In this document: one piece after another, positions 1 through 12,578 of the stretch | Layout of the letters: each line of letters starts with the position of its first letter | How positions within the stretch are numbered: position 1 is the stretch's first letter | NCBI RefSeq assembly: GCF_006345805.1 | Contig: NC_043000.1 | Coordinates: 127,348,001 to 127,412,000, forward strand | Length of the DNA: 64,000 bases | Source of the DNA: Octopus sinensis | Taxonomy: Eukaryota | Direction: 5' to 3' | Made by a program: the position numbers and the translations under genes | The notes under the pieces: model-generated | Databases searched by the model: none | What the model saw: the letters and a program-made list of their open reading frames with translations, nothing else | What the model was told of the DNA's origin: nothing

Positions 1-31
1 ATGATAAATGTGTATGTGTGTGTGTGTATGT

Positions 32-70
<39 letters not shown>

Positions 71-265
71 TGTGTGTGTGTGTGTGGTAGTGAGGTATGT
101 ATAAGTGTGTGTGTGTGCATGTGTGTGCATATGTGAGTGACTGTATGTGTATGTGTGTGTGAGTATGTAGGTACAGGAATATATGAGAGTATGTGTGAGT
201 GTGTGAGAGAAAGCTTGAATGTCTATTAAGACTTGCTAATATATACACACACACACACACACGTG
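1..265. repeat. Compound (TG)n/(AG)n/(AC)n microsatellite; similar TA/CA/GA tracts throughout (e.g. 16630-16870, 43365-43540, 52020-52310)
   Basis: Read directly. Confidence 0.95.
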
Positions 266-1954
266 TGGGCACACATTCGGAGCATGTTAAGGCAGACATT
301 TATTAGTTTATGATAAACTTCTTGAAAAAAGTCATAAATTTTACTTGGCGTGTCTTTTCACCTCAGTGTGTTATCTGTGCCATTTATAGAGATAGAGAAA
401 TGTCTCACAGCCAGACATTCTCACAGAATCTATACTACTGGCTGATTTTATTTTTTAATTTATACTACCTAACTTTTGTAATTTTGATGGGAACTGATAA
501 AATAGTAACCATAAAAAAAATAAATAACACATTTCAGAGAATATGAATTAATTATGTGTATCTGTGTGTGTGTGATACTCCATCTAGTGAGAGTGAGAGA
601 TAAATGTGTACATTAAATGATGTATATATATATACACACACAAACACGTGAGTGTATGCATTTATATATATATAAATATATATATATAAACATACATGCA
701 CACACACATAGAGAAAGAAAGAAAGAAAGAAAGAAGGAAGGAAAGAAGGAAAGACTGATAGATATTTAGCATCTTACAACAAGGTTAAGTATAAATTCTC
801 ATGTAGAATTAATAATAAAATGAAATTTCATATATTTCATATTAGAAGAAAAATTTCCTAGTAATCTAACAATCGTCAAATAATAAGACACCTCAAAGAA
901 TACAAATTAATTAATTCTGTATGTGTATATTTAGCCACTACAATAAGGGTTAGTGTGTATTCTCGTGCTGAATTAAAAATGAAATATTATTTTGTATTAC
1001 AAAAATTTTCCAGTAATGCACCAGTATAATTAATAGTGTGTCTTCATCTCTCTGTCGGTCCATTCCCAACATGTACATATAAAGTAATTAGCTGCTATTG
1101 TACTTTCACTATATCTGAATTTCATGGAAACAGCGACAAGTTGTGATACTTTCATTATTTCTGTATTTCATGTTAACAGTAACAGGTTGTTTAGCTAAAT
1201 ACAGTGTAGAACAAATACACATGCAAGTTGAACAAACTATGCATAAATTGTATATAGCCTTATGTATTCCATTTGTGCCGTATTACTGAGTAGAAATGTA
1301 CATAATAAGCTTCCCTGTTCAGGTGTGCATGTTTATGTATAATTATACTTATAATGTTACACACACAGACACATTATACACACACATATATACACACAGA
1401 GAGACACATACATGCACACACACAGATACATACATACATATAAATGTATGTACATACATCTCTGTAACTTATTGGTTTGGCAAAAGAGACTGATAGTATG
1501 TGGTTTAAAAAATATGTACTGGAGTTGGTTTATTTAACTAGTCACTTCATGGCAGTACCCCAGCATGGCCACAGTCCAATGACTGAAATAAGTGAAATAT
1601 ATATATAGTGTGTGTGCGTGTGTGTGTATATAAAGGATGGGGTATTCTATCAGTCTCTTTTGCTGAACCACTAAGTTACGGGGACATAAACACACCAGCA
1701 TCGGTTGTAAAGTAATGTTTGGCGGGGAGACAAACACAGACATACAAACATACATATATATATATATACATATATACGACGGGCTTCTTTCAGTTTCTGT
1801 CTACCAAATCCACTCACAAGGCTTTGGTCAGCTTGAGGCTATAGTAAAAGACACTTGCCCAAGGTGCCATGCAGTGGGACTGAACCAGGAACCATGTGGT
1901 TCAGAAGCAAGCTACTTACCACACAGCCATTCCTATGCCTATATATATATATAC

Positions 1955-1985
<31 letters not shown>

Positions 1986-1989
1986 AGTG

Positions 1990-2235
1990 TGTGAGGGCAC
2001 ATAGCATAGTAGTTGGGGTATTGGGATCATGATTGCAAGATAGTGGTGTGTTGTGTTCTTGAGCAAAACACTTCATCTGCAATCACTTTGACACATGACA
2101 GGTTGTTCACTGCGTGCCTGTTCAACCAACAACAATTTGCTGCAGGGAATGAGCTAATGTATGGTACATACATTTGATCACTACAAACAGATCATTTGTG
2201 TAGGTCATTCAGCAAGAAATTGCAGAACCATCTTC
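1990..2235 (+). mobile_element. tRNA-derived SINE family C (TTGAGCAAAACACTT core)
   Basis: tRNA-like head plus TTCTTGAGCAAAACACTT. Related copies at about 5985-6115(-), 35657-35900(+), 55455-55590(-), 58385-58460(+), 62455-62745(+). Confidence 0.7.
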
Positions 2236-2449
2236 CTCTGACTATGAGAAACTACCATCAATCAACTATATCTATATATATATATATATATAAAATACAG
2301 GGGTTTATGCAGGATTGTAAGGACTTATGGACTTATTTGTACCCGATCAGAAAGTTGAACTGTGAACTTTTATACTTCTTTTTTCTTCTTTACTCCTGTC
2401 CTCTATGTCATCATTTCATTAATCTATACCCTTCTCATTTTCCCTATTT

Positions 2450-2505
2450 GTCTCTGATGACAGAATATCCCATACTCTGGGATATCCCAGAAACAGCAGT
2501 AAGAC
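2450..2505 (+). ncRNA. Minimal type I hammerhead ribozyme motif
   Basis: GTCT-CTGATGA-stem II (ATATCCCA/TGGGATAT, 8 bp perfect)-GAAA-CAGCAG-TA-AGAC. Stem I is GTCT/AGAC; stem III ACAGCAGT is one change from the palindrome ACAGCTGT; GUA triplet at 2499-2501. Confidence 0.75.
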
Positions 2506-2580
2506 TTTGAATTTTTTCCAATAATAATAATGATGTATATGACTTGAGATGTTTGCCTTGCCTTAACATTTGTTGTCCTC

Positions 2581-2622
<42 letters not shown>

Positions 2623-2700
2623 TAAATATATATATACATATATAAATATATATATACATATATATACATATATAAATATATATATACTCTTCACTTTATA

Positions 2701-3189
2701 CTCTTTTACTTGTTTCAGTCATTTGATTGTGGCCATGCTGGAGCACCACCTTTTTAGTCAAGCAAATCGACCCCAAGACTTATTTTTGTAAGTCTAGTAC
2801 TTATTCTACCAGTCTCTTTTGCCAAACTGCTAAGTTACGGGGACGTAAACACACCAGCATCAGTTGTCAAGCGATGTTGGAGGGACAAATATAGACTCAC
2901 AAACACACATATATATAAATATATATATAGTATGTGAGGGCACATAGCATAGTAGTTGGGGTATTGGAATCATGATTATATATATATATACGATGGGCTT
3001 CTTCAAGTTTCCGTCTACCAAATCCACTCACAAGGCTTTGGTTGGCCTGAAGCTATAGTAGAAGACACTTGACGAAGGTGCCACGCAGTGGAACTGAACC
3101 TGGAACCATGTGTTTCGTAAGCAAGCTACTTACCACGCAGCCACTCCTACGCCTATAGCTACTTACCACACAGCCTCTTCTATGCCTAT
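2701..3189 (-). mobile_element. tRNA-derived SINE family A (central microsatellite), copy with duplicated head
   Basis: A box GGCTGTGTGGTAAG, B box GGTTCAGTTCC, CORE-like CACCTTCGTCAAGTGTCTT, tail CAGCATGGCCACAATCAAATGACTGAAACAAGTAAAAGAG. Confidence 0.85.
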
Positions 3190-3199
3190 ATATATATAT

Positions 3200-4482
3200 A
3201 TATATAAAATAATATGTTACATTACTCGATAGTCAAGTCAAAACTCTGAGTTTCAGATGCCGAAGTGGGAATCCACGACATCTCTTCGGTTATCTGGCTA
3301 TTTGAAAACACTATGAAAAAATACCGTTATACAAAGGGAAATTACTGTGTTATAACTCTGCTTGCCTGCGTACTTATACATCGCTTGCATTTTTCGCCAT
3401 AAAAATTACATAAAAATACATGAAAAATATATAAAAAATATATAAAAATATACATAAAATATATGATAGAAGGTGTGATGAGGTAAAAAAAACCCTCTTG
3501 GGACATAACATAGAAAGCATGTTCTATCTGTTTTCTTTAGGGGACCAAAAACGTAACAGAAATTTAGTCACGTGTGGACATGATCCAAAAAGTTCTGTCC
3601 TTGTGTTTAGACATGTAGTAGGGTCTAAGCTGCTTTTCCAGATAAGCCATCTCTCCATGTCGCATAGACCGCACCTTTCGCTGCCGTTGGTATAGGGCTT
3701 ACATCTGGCCAAAATCTTCCAATGTATGTTATAATCGACACCTTTATCTCTTAAAGACCAAATATGATTAGATAATTGTGTCGCTTTTCTTTTGTTCCAG
3801 TGCCTAAAGCTCAAAGTGTGGTTATTGAACCTGGCCTTGAAGTTACCCTCTGTAAGGCCCATGTATTTTTTTGTCGAAACGGTGTCTTTAGTGGTTATAG
3901 AGTCTACGGTAGCTTCATATATGATGGTCTTGGACATGCAAGCTCCATTTAGCGGGCACAATTCTTTATTCCTGCATGAACAGCTGTTTTCTTGTGTTTT
4001 TTGTATGTTATGTTTGATTATGTTTTTAAAATTGGTAGTGGAACTAAAACTAATTTTAAAATTGTGTCTATTGAAGAGTTTCCTATAAGTATGGTTAACT
4101 GGAAAATGTCTATCTATCAGTGCTAGGAAATATTTACCTATATTGAAGGCCACCTTGGGTGAGTAAGGGGGCGTAAACCAGATGACCTTCCTATTTCTAT
4201 TATTCCTTTTCCTTACTGTTGGGCTAGTAATGGGTGTATATTTTATTTTTTCGCTAAAACCACTATCTTTTAAAGCCTTATTATAAACTGGGGCAACACT
4301 ATTGAAGATGTCCTTATCAGAGGAGAGGCTAGAAATCCTCTTACTAATATTTTTAACTAAATTTTTGAATACTATAGGGGGATGGCATGAACCTACATTA
4401 ATATAACTTAGTCTATCATTGGGCTTCCTATAAGGCTTATAAATATTCTTATTAAGATCTAAGGAAATGTCTAAGAAATATA
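3200..4482 (-). mobile_element. 5'-truncated Penelope-like element: RT C-terminus plus GIY-YIG endonuclease and 3' UTR
   Basis: Stop-free frame of about 319 codons (4482-3524): FLDISLDL..YKPYRKPN (RT thumb), WFTPPYS, CSCRNKELCPLNGAC linker, IIYEA...KYMGLT...FKARFNNH (GIY-YIG), CGLCDMER. The 5' break falls in (TA)n at about 4483. Confidence 0.9.
3238..3293 (-). ncRNA. Degenerate hammerhead-like motif in the PLE 3' UTR
   Basis: CCGAAGA-GATGTC gtggattcccac ttc GGCATC-T-GAAA-CTCAGAG-TT, about 230 nt after the PLE stop codon. U4 is C, there is an extra U before GAAA, and stem I is weak. Confidence 0.4.
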
Positions 4483-7339
4483 TATATATATATATACATA
4501 TAGTGTAATTTGTATACATATTTTATTAAATACTAAAGAAAAAAAGTATATTTTATTCAATTTATCCCTTTCAATACAGTATGCTCCAAGTAATTTACTA
4601 CAAAAGAAGATATTTATCATCCATGGACTTTCTCTGGGTACTCACTAGTTTAACAAATAACTTCTATTCTAACAAATAGTTTAACAAATAACTTCTATTC
4701 TAAAAGCAGAGAGAAAATATTCCCAAAGCAAATATCAAAAGTGGAATATGAGGTACCTGAAAGAAAACTAGGTGATACAACAAGCCAACATTAGTCTTTA
4801 GAAAGACAAAATGTAATGTAATGGAGAGACCAACAAAATAAACAGTTTTTTGAGGTTAGTCATAAAAGTCTATAACAACACACCTATTTAAGCATATATA
4901 TTCACCATTGTATCAGTTCACACCAATCCTTGTTTGGTTATTGTGTTTATATGAGCTATATTTCTTCAGAACCAGCAGACATATAACAACAATTATTTAT
5001 TGTACCAATGTGACATGAATCAACAATGAAGCCTTCTTGATAACCATTTTCCATTTGACTGTATTCTCTGCTATATGAATTCAGTGAATGTCCATGGTAT
5101 TTATCTTCCTTTCGCGTTTACTTATTTTAGTCACTGAGCTGTCGTCATGCTGGGGCACCGCTTTGAAAGGTTTCAGTCAAATAAATCAACTCCAGTACTT
5201 ATGTCTTTTTTTTTCAGTCTGGTGCTTATTCTATCTGTCTTTTTACAGAACTGCTAAGTTATGAGGATGTAAATCAACCAACGCCAGTTGTCAAGCAGTG
5301 GTGGCTAACTAACACACAAACACACATACATGTATATACAATGGGCGTCCACACAGCTTCCATCACTAAATTCACACACAAGGCATTAGTTGACTCAGGG
5401 CTATATTGCCCTAGGAGCCATGCAGTGGACTGAACCCAAAACCACATGATTGTAAAAAAAGTTTCTTAACAACAAGGCCATCTTATGCCTATTATAAATT
5501 TCTTACTTTTGGAGCTGTAAAGAGTAAAGGGGTAAAGAACCCTTCAGTCATGAATCAGCATGGGATGCACCAAGGACATTTCCCTCCAAGATATAAGTCT
5601 GGACAAGGCTGCTTTGGAAAGACCAGCAGTTGCCCATGCATACCAGTCTCCCCTCTCCATGCCACTGGTGTTACTTATTTCTTTTTTGCCCACAAGGGGC
5701 TAAACACAGAGGGAACAAACAAGGACAGACAAAAGGATTAAGTCGATTACATCAACCCCAGTGAGTAACTGGTACTTAATTTATCGACTCCAAAAGGATG
5801 AAAGGCAAAGTCGACCTCGGCAGAATTTGAACTCAGAATGTAACAGCACACGGAATACTGCTAAGCATTTCACCTGGCATGTTAACTTTTCTGCCAGCTC
5901 ACCTCTCCATGCCACTGATGTTGTCCAAGGGAAAGGCAAAGGCTGATACAGCTTGGCGTCAGTAACTCGCAACTCATTTCTTCAGCCGAGTGAACTGAAG
6001 CAATGTGAAATAAAGTGTCTTGCTCAAAAATACAACACAGCTTTGGCTAGGAATCGAACTCACTACCTCATGATTGTGAACCTGATGCTCTAACCACTGG
6101 GCAATGTGCCTCCATTCTGGAGTTGTACTAATCTAACAGCTGACTTGTTTAGAGAATGTGTGTTGCAACTAAAGCAACTACATCATGAAAAAGCCATACT
6201 CGCTATTTTAACAACACACAAAACTATGAAATTCATTGTAGATTTATTTTATGAAATGTAAAATTTTGTTGCACAACTGCAACTTAGTCACTGACACCAT
6301 TTCCCCATAGAAGTATATAACGATCAGATTGCAGTAATGTGATAAAAATGTTTGATACCACATGAGATAAATATAAATTTAGAACAAAAATCAATTTCAT
6401 GAGGTGTCAATCTTTTGCTGCACAACTGTAACCTGGTCACTGAGAAAGTTCCATGTTAGTCAGAACTGTGTTAGTCAGCAGAACGCAGATGTACAATAAA
6501 AATCTTGATACCACATGAAATGAATTTAAATTTAAAATTAATTTAACAGCAAAGTGTGTTATTAGACGGTTAGTATAAGATGGTGAGATAACAGAATTGT
6601 TAAAGCATCAGAATAAATGCTTTGTGATATTTGTTCTGACTCCTTACATTCTGGGTTCAAATCTTGTCATGGTTAATTTTGCTTTTCATCCCTCTGGGGG
6701 TTGACAAAAAAGTTTCAGTTAAGTACTAATGTCAATGGAATCAACTAAGCTCCCTCTCCGCAATATTGTTGACCTTGTACCCACATTAGAAACTATTAAA
6801 TAGCAAGTATAGCTCTTCCACAATCATCATCATCATCATTTAACATCCGTTTTTCCATGCTGGCATGGATTGGATGGTTTGACAGCAGCTGGAGAGCTGT
6901 CTGGGCTCCATTTGTCTATTTTGGCATACTTTCTACAGCTGGATATCCTTCCTAATGCCAACCACTTTACAGAGTGTACTGGGTGCTTTAAAGTAGCTCT
7001 GGCACAATGCAGGACTGGCAAGAGAACTTTTACGTGTCACTAGCACAGGTGCTTTTATGTGGCACTAGCACAGGCACCTCTATGTGGAACTGGCACAAGC
7101 TCTTTATGTGACACTGTCACAAGTGCTTTGTGTGACACCAGCATCCATGAGCCCAAAAGATTAGTATCTCTCAGCTGAGAGAAGAATATTCTCTGTGCTA
7201 TTCATAAGCATTTTCTTTCATTGTATTTTTTTGATGGCATGTAAAAAGCATTTATTTTTTTTTTAAATCTTTAAAAAAATCACCCCAGGTCCCTAAATGT
7301 GAAGTTCAACATACATTAAATGCTTTGAAGTACTAAAAC

Positions 7340-7662
7340 CTTTTCTCCTTGAATATGCACTGCTGAAAATGGGATGTGTCTAATATGCCTGAGTATCTTT
7401 AATGCCATCAAAAATGGTACTTTGTTTTATTCTTTTACTGATTCCACTTATCGGACACTAACCATCCTGAGGTATCTCTTTCAAAGGTTTTAGTCAATTA
7501 CCATATTTTAACATATATAAGGAACCCTTTTTGTCAAAAATTAGGTTTAAAAAATATGGGAGTTTCTTATACATGGATAGTATTATAATCCCTTACGAGA
7601 ACCTTTGTTCCAAATTTTAAGTCCCCAAAATCAGGGTTCCTGATACACGTTAAAATATGGTA
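7340..7662 (+). mobile_element. pogo/Tigger-like transposon right end
   Basis: Three subterminal GGG..T.TTATAC-like repeats and a terminus AAAATATGG|TA resembling AAATACGGTA. Confidence 0.4.
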
Positions 7663-8197
7663 TTATATCAGCATTATTACTTCCTCTGGAACTTATTCTA
7701 TCAAGGAAAGGCAAAATCTATTTGAATGTAAAGAGGTGAAACTAGATACAACATTGCTTATCAAAACATTCTTCCCTATACTTTTTTTGCATGAGACCCA
7801 CAAGAATCAAAATACTAAATCACTTTAGAATAGGATTAATCACATAAAACCATTTGTTTTCATATTTCTGTTGAAATATACTACCTTCATCATCATCATT
7901 TAACGTCCGTTTTCCATGTTGGCATGGGTTGGACGGTTTGACTGAGGTCTGGAGAGCCAGTGGCTGCACCAGGCTCCAATCTGATTGGGCAATGTTTCTA
8001 CAGCTGGATGCCCTTCCTAACACCAACCACTCTGAGAGTGTAGTGGGTGATTTTTACATGCCACTGGAATGGGAGTCAGTCAGGGGGTACTGGGTTTCAA
8101 TTAATTTGGAAAACAATGAGGAATTTAGTAAAATAACTGGCATTTTTAAGTTGGTGTTTAGAACAAATTCATATAAAATTTGGATAGATGAGTTTAA

Positions 8198-8415
8198 CCC
8201 TTTCATTACTGTATTTATTTTGAGATGCTGTGTTTCTTTCAGTTACTTTAAATATAACAAAGAATTTAGTAAAATAACTTAGTTATTATTCAGCTTGTGT
8301 TAGGAACATAAATTGTGACTAAGGTTTGGTGGAAGGTTTTAATTTAAAACTTATGAAAACAAGACATTTGTACTCAGAACCAGAGCCGGTTTCAGCCAGG
8401 TTGGTAATGAAAGGG
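8198..8415. mobile_element. piggyBac-type MITE (218 bp)
   Basis: TTAA|CCCTTTCATTAC ... GTAATGAAAGGG|TTAA: perfect 12-bp TIR and TTAA TSD. Confidence 0.9.
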
Positions 8416-8998
8416 TTAATTCAGATCACTTTTGAATTAGAAGTTTATGTCCTAGAACTAGGGATGGTTTCAGGCAGGTTCATATCAAAAGAGTTATGAG
8501 GTTCATCCAACTAGCATGTATAAAATGTTCAGTTTCTAGTACAGTCTCAGGTAAATTTAAACCCTATGAATGAAACAGGATAGCTGTAAACGGTTTGGAA
8601 CACTACCAGAGTGAGTGTACCTGCTCCTGAGTGGTGATCTTAATTCATCACCCAGTCTGGCACAACTAGCAGGCAGCTGGGAAACTATAACAGATTCAAC
8701 TGTGCTGCAAATATTCAGACCAGGTCTCTGATTTCAAGAGGAGAAAAGAAAGAAGAGTTGTGGAGGAGGAAACAGATGAGGAGGCAAGAAGGGAGCGGCT
8801 AGGAGTGGGGATAATGATTGCAGCAATAGCAGTGGTGGTGGTAAAGATTGAGTAATTTGTTTCAAGGTGATTGAGGAGGAATTAATTATAAACAAGAAAA
8901 TTTTAAATGATGAGTTATATATGAAAACCAGAGATCAAATTGTCAAACTCAATTCAGGAGTAATGTATATACATATATATAAAAGCAAGGTCTATTAA

Positions 8999-9219
8999 CC
9001 CTTTAGCATTTAAACCGGCCATATCCAGCCAAAAGTATTCTGCCTGTTTTATGCTCAAACTGGACAGATCTGGTCTCTCACGACAACCCTACAATATCGT
9101 TTTAAAAATTAACAGCTACCTCATCAAAATCTCATAGCTACAAGATAATGCATGATTAGTTCAAAACAATATGGATAAAAAAGCATTAATCTTGGCAGAA
9201 TAATGCGAACACTAAAGAG
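8999..9219. mobile_element. piggyBac-type MITE (221 bp), second family
   Basis: TTAA|CCCTTTAGCATT ... AACACTAAAGAG|TTAA, with imperfect TIRs. Confidence 0.8.
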
Positions 9220-9331
9220 TTAAATGTATTTCATACTGATTATAACCTACCAAAGCTCATTAAGGGGTAAAAGACATAAAAAGAAGAACAAAAACCAAAA
9301 AGTAACAAAACACTAAAAAAATAAATCTAAC

Positions 9332-9652
9332 CTCAATGGTGGTTAATTGCTTCTCTGGTGTCTGTCCAGTGTCTTTTTTGACTTCAGTCAGTTGACATTC
9401 CTTCTGTTCTAACCAAGTGCTGAAGTTGTTCAGTCTGCTGTAGTATTGTGACCAGTGATTAATGGTACCTTCCAACTGTACAAGTTTTGATGTCAGACGA
9501 GAATAGACATGTTCCAACTTTTGATCAATCATAGTTATTTCTCGTTTGAGTGGTGCCTGCCGTTCCTTACTGGCACCTTCGCACAGCAATGAGTTCAGTT
9601 TTTGCATTTCACTAAGACCATCTCTCAGGTTCTCGATAGTTTTCTTCAGATC
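9332..9652 (-). CDS. Internal coding exon (321 bp, phase 0/0), nesprin-like spectrin repeat
   Basis: ttttttcctttctag|GAT CTG AAG ... ATT GAG|gttaga. Peptide DLKKTIENLRDGLSEMQKLNSLL...HWSQYYSRLNNFSTWLEQKECQL...KQLTTIE shows the W..Y....F..WL...E..L spectrin signature. Confidence 0.9.
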
Positions 9653-9835
9653 CTAGAAAGGAAAAAAAGAAAAAAAAAAGTAATAAATTATAATTAAAAC
9701 ATCTTAATAGGGAAGGGGTTAATGAGTAAAATAATAAATAGAATAGTTATGTGGTGATGGTGGTAGGGTTAAGAAAAGTAACAAATGGTATCTTAAATAT
9801 TTCCATCACATGGAAAATGAGCAATATTTGAGATA

Positions 9836-9992
9836 AGTGGCTGTGTGGTAAGTAGCTTGCTTACCAACCACATGGTTCTGGGTTCAGTCCCACTGCATGG
9901 CACCTTGGGTAAGTGTCTTCTAATATAGCTTCGGGCTCACCAAAGCCTTGTGAGTGGATTTGGCAGATGGAAACTGAAAGAATCCCATCGTA

Positions 9993-10039
<47 letters not shown>

Positions 10040-10248
10040 ATATGTTTGTATGTCTGTGTTTGTCACCCCCAACATCGCTTGACAACCGATGCTGGTGTGT
10101 TTACGTCCCCGTAACATCGTGGTTCAGCAAAAGAGACCATTAGAATAAGTACTAGGCTTACAAAGAGTAAGTCCTGGGGGTCAATTTGCTTGACTAAAGG
10201 TGGTGCTCTAGCATGGCTGCAGTCAAATGACTGAAACAAGTAAAAGAG
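9836..10248 (+). mobile_element. SINE family A, full length
   Basis: Same head, core and tail. Further copies at about 1643-1939(-), 5120-5490(-), 17301-17700(-), 22283-22695(-), 34250-34600(+), 38826-39180(-), 42962-43364(-), 48537-48920(-), 51265-51720(+). Confidence 0.9.
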
Positions 10249-11706
10249 ATCTACTCTAATTCATTAGCAAAATATTATCAGGAGACTATATTTACTTATT
10301 TAGATGATGATGATGATTACAACAGAGATGTTGTTGAGGTTGGTGGTTATGGTGGAGGTGGTGGCAGTGATGATGATGATGATGATGGTGTCAGCAATGA
10401 CAGTTGTGGTAGAGGAGGTGATAAGATTATGACAACAATGTCAAGACAATGATGATTATTATGATATAAATATATAATAAAGAAGACAAAGACGAAGAAA
10501 AAATAGCTAAGATATGTTTTGCAAAGAAATGGACATATATATAACTGTGTTGTAGAAAAACAACATTAATAATATTTAGTAAAGAGAAGTAGCTTCGACT
10601 GAGAATTGAAACCAAATGAATTCCAGTCACAATGTGCCTCTAAGCTACATATTACCCACAAACTGCGTCAGAATTAAATAAGAAATTGAGAACTCCTTTA
10701 TTATCTCCTCTGTGATCAAAACACTGATGAAATCTTAAAATTGAAATACCATTCATTAATGTGTTTGACAAGCAACATGGAACAATATTCTATAAACAAT
10801 GCTTATCAAGCTTCAATAAATGCACAACGTATGCATGGGTGAATTGTGCCTGTAATTCAAAGATCCAGCATTGTTACATTTGGTGTCATGTTGATTTAAC
10901 CTGAGAATTAGATTGAAGGTACACATTTGTGGATATGCAATCATTTGCATATTAATTCCTGCATGGGGTACACTGAGGTGGGAAAAGTTGTAATAGAGAC
11001 AGTAAAAATATCCGAGGCTGAGTCATGAGAGGACTTTGAGCTTAAACTGGACTGACTTTGGATCAGTCCATAATGTATTCCAGCCATTTACCCCATTAAA
11101 AGAAGCCCCGTTCTACATCTAGCATTAAGAACTTGGCTGAGGTTCTTTTCTCTCTACCTCTCAGAAGAAAATAGTTTACTGATCTCCTAAATCCAGTCAC
11201 AATAAAATCTTTTGTTGTTTTGAATGCACTGGGGTCGATGTAATCAACTTAATCCCTTTGTCTGTCCTTGTTTGTCCCCTGTATGTTTAGCCCCTTGTGG
11301 GCAATAAAGAAGTAAGAAATATCCGTCGAATGTAAATAATGTACATAATTCCTCATCTCTTAAATATAGAACTGTATTACCAGGAAGTGCATTACAACCA
11401 GCAATGTATGACAACATCCTATAATATGGTTGATGCAGCAGTACAATTACAATGATCTAGGGTTATATAATCTAATGTGCCTATCTTTTTTGAGCTGGTA
11501 GGGTATTGTATATAAGCATGCAATGACTGTTATCGAAATTTGAGTGACCATGTAGAAGCTTCATTGCCAACTTATGCAAGTGTGTCTATAATTGCATAAC
11601 TGGACTATTAAACCTAAATTATGGTTTTAGGTTCAGTATTCAGATGGTTGTTAATTCTGATGGGTGTTGACAGTCCTCAGTGAATGTAATACACACACAC
11701 ACACAC

Positions 11707-11742
<36 letters not shown>

Positions 11743-11804
11743 AATTGTCAGTAAATCATAAATCTGAAAGAGAAGCACACTATGTTATAGAGCAGTAGAT
11801 GTCC

Positions 11805-11869
<65 letters not shown>

Positions 11870-12187
11870 CGCTTTCTCTGTCTCATCATCATCATCATTG
11901 CCCTCTACAATAGTGATTGTTAGTATGGATTGGCAGAGTCATTATATTGTCAGAATAAATGGTTTGCACTATTTTCTCTGGTTCTTTATGTCCTGAGTAC
12001 AAATCCCTACAACATCAACTTCACTGTTCATCCTTTAAGGGTTCGTAAAATAAAGTGCCAATTAAGCATTGGTATTGGTGTAACCAGCTAACCCTTACCC
12101 GACAAGAAGTTACTGGCCTTAGGCCAAAATCTGAAATCATCATATATTATTATTATTATTATTATTATCATCATTATTATTATTATT

Positions 12188-12535
12188 GAGTGAGAGAGCA
12201 GTGCATGCCATCAAAGTGACACTGGGGTAAAATATATGAAGCCCAGTATACCCATCATGACTGATAAGGGTACACCAGGCACATGCATCACAACCATATA
12301 TGCATGACATGGTGATCTCATATCAAGATAAACAAGGTATGACCTTGTAGGTGGGGCCCAGCTAGAATTTTCTTCAGGTTGAGTAGCCTATCCTATTCAA
12401 AAGGTCCCTGAATAAGGGTTGTTTAAGGATATTGAACGAAACACCCTTGTTTCCAAGCAAAACAGGTACATGACAACACTTCCAACAGTCAAGATCAGAA
12501 GCCATGAGAGTCAGTGTCTGGTACTGCATCAAGGC

Positions 12536-12537
<2 letters not shown>
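12188..12537 (-). mobile_element. 557-bp element, internally deleted copy with both ends intact
   Basis: Same termini as 24561-25117, with about 200 bp missing internally; (TTA)n on both sides. Confidence 0.8.

Positions 12538-12578
<41 letters not shown>

Noticed and set aside
8560-8727. GC-richer minus-strand segment with pyrimidine tract plus CAG and an open phase-0 frame (RPGLNICSTVES...)
   Set aside because: No spectrin character, and the only donor is weak and phase 2; needs RNA-seq.
9836-9910. tRNA genes
   Set aside because: A and B boxes are present but run into SINE cores with no acceptor stem; this applies to all SINE heads here.
10720-10776. CTGATGA...GAAA (similar weak cases at 32410 and 24430)
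   Set aside because: No usable stem III or stem I; the 24430 case is Dong coding sequence.
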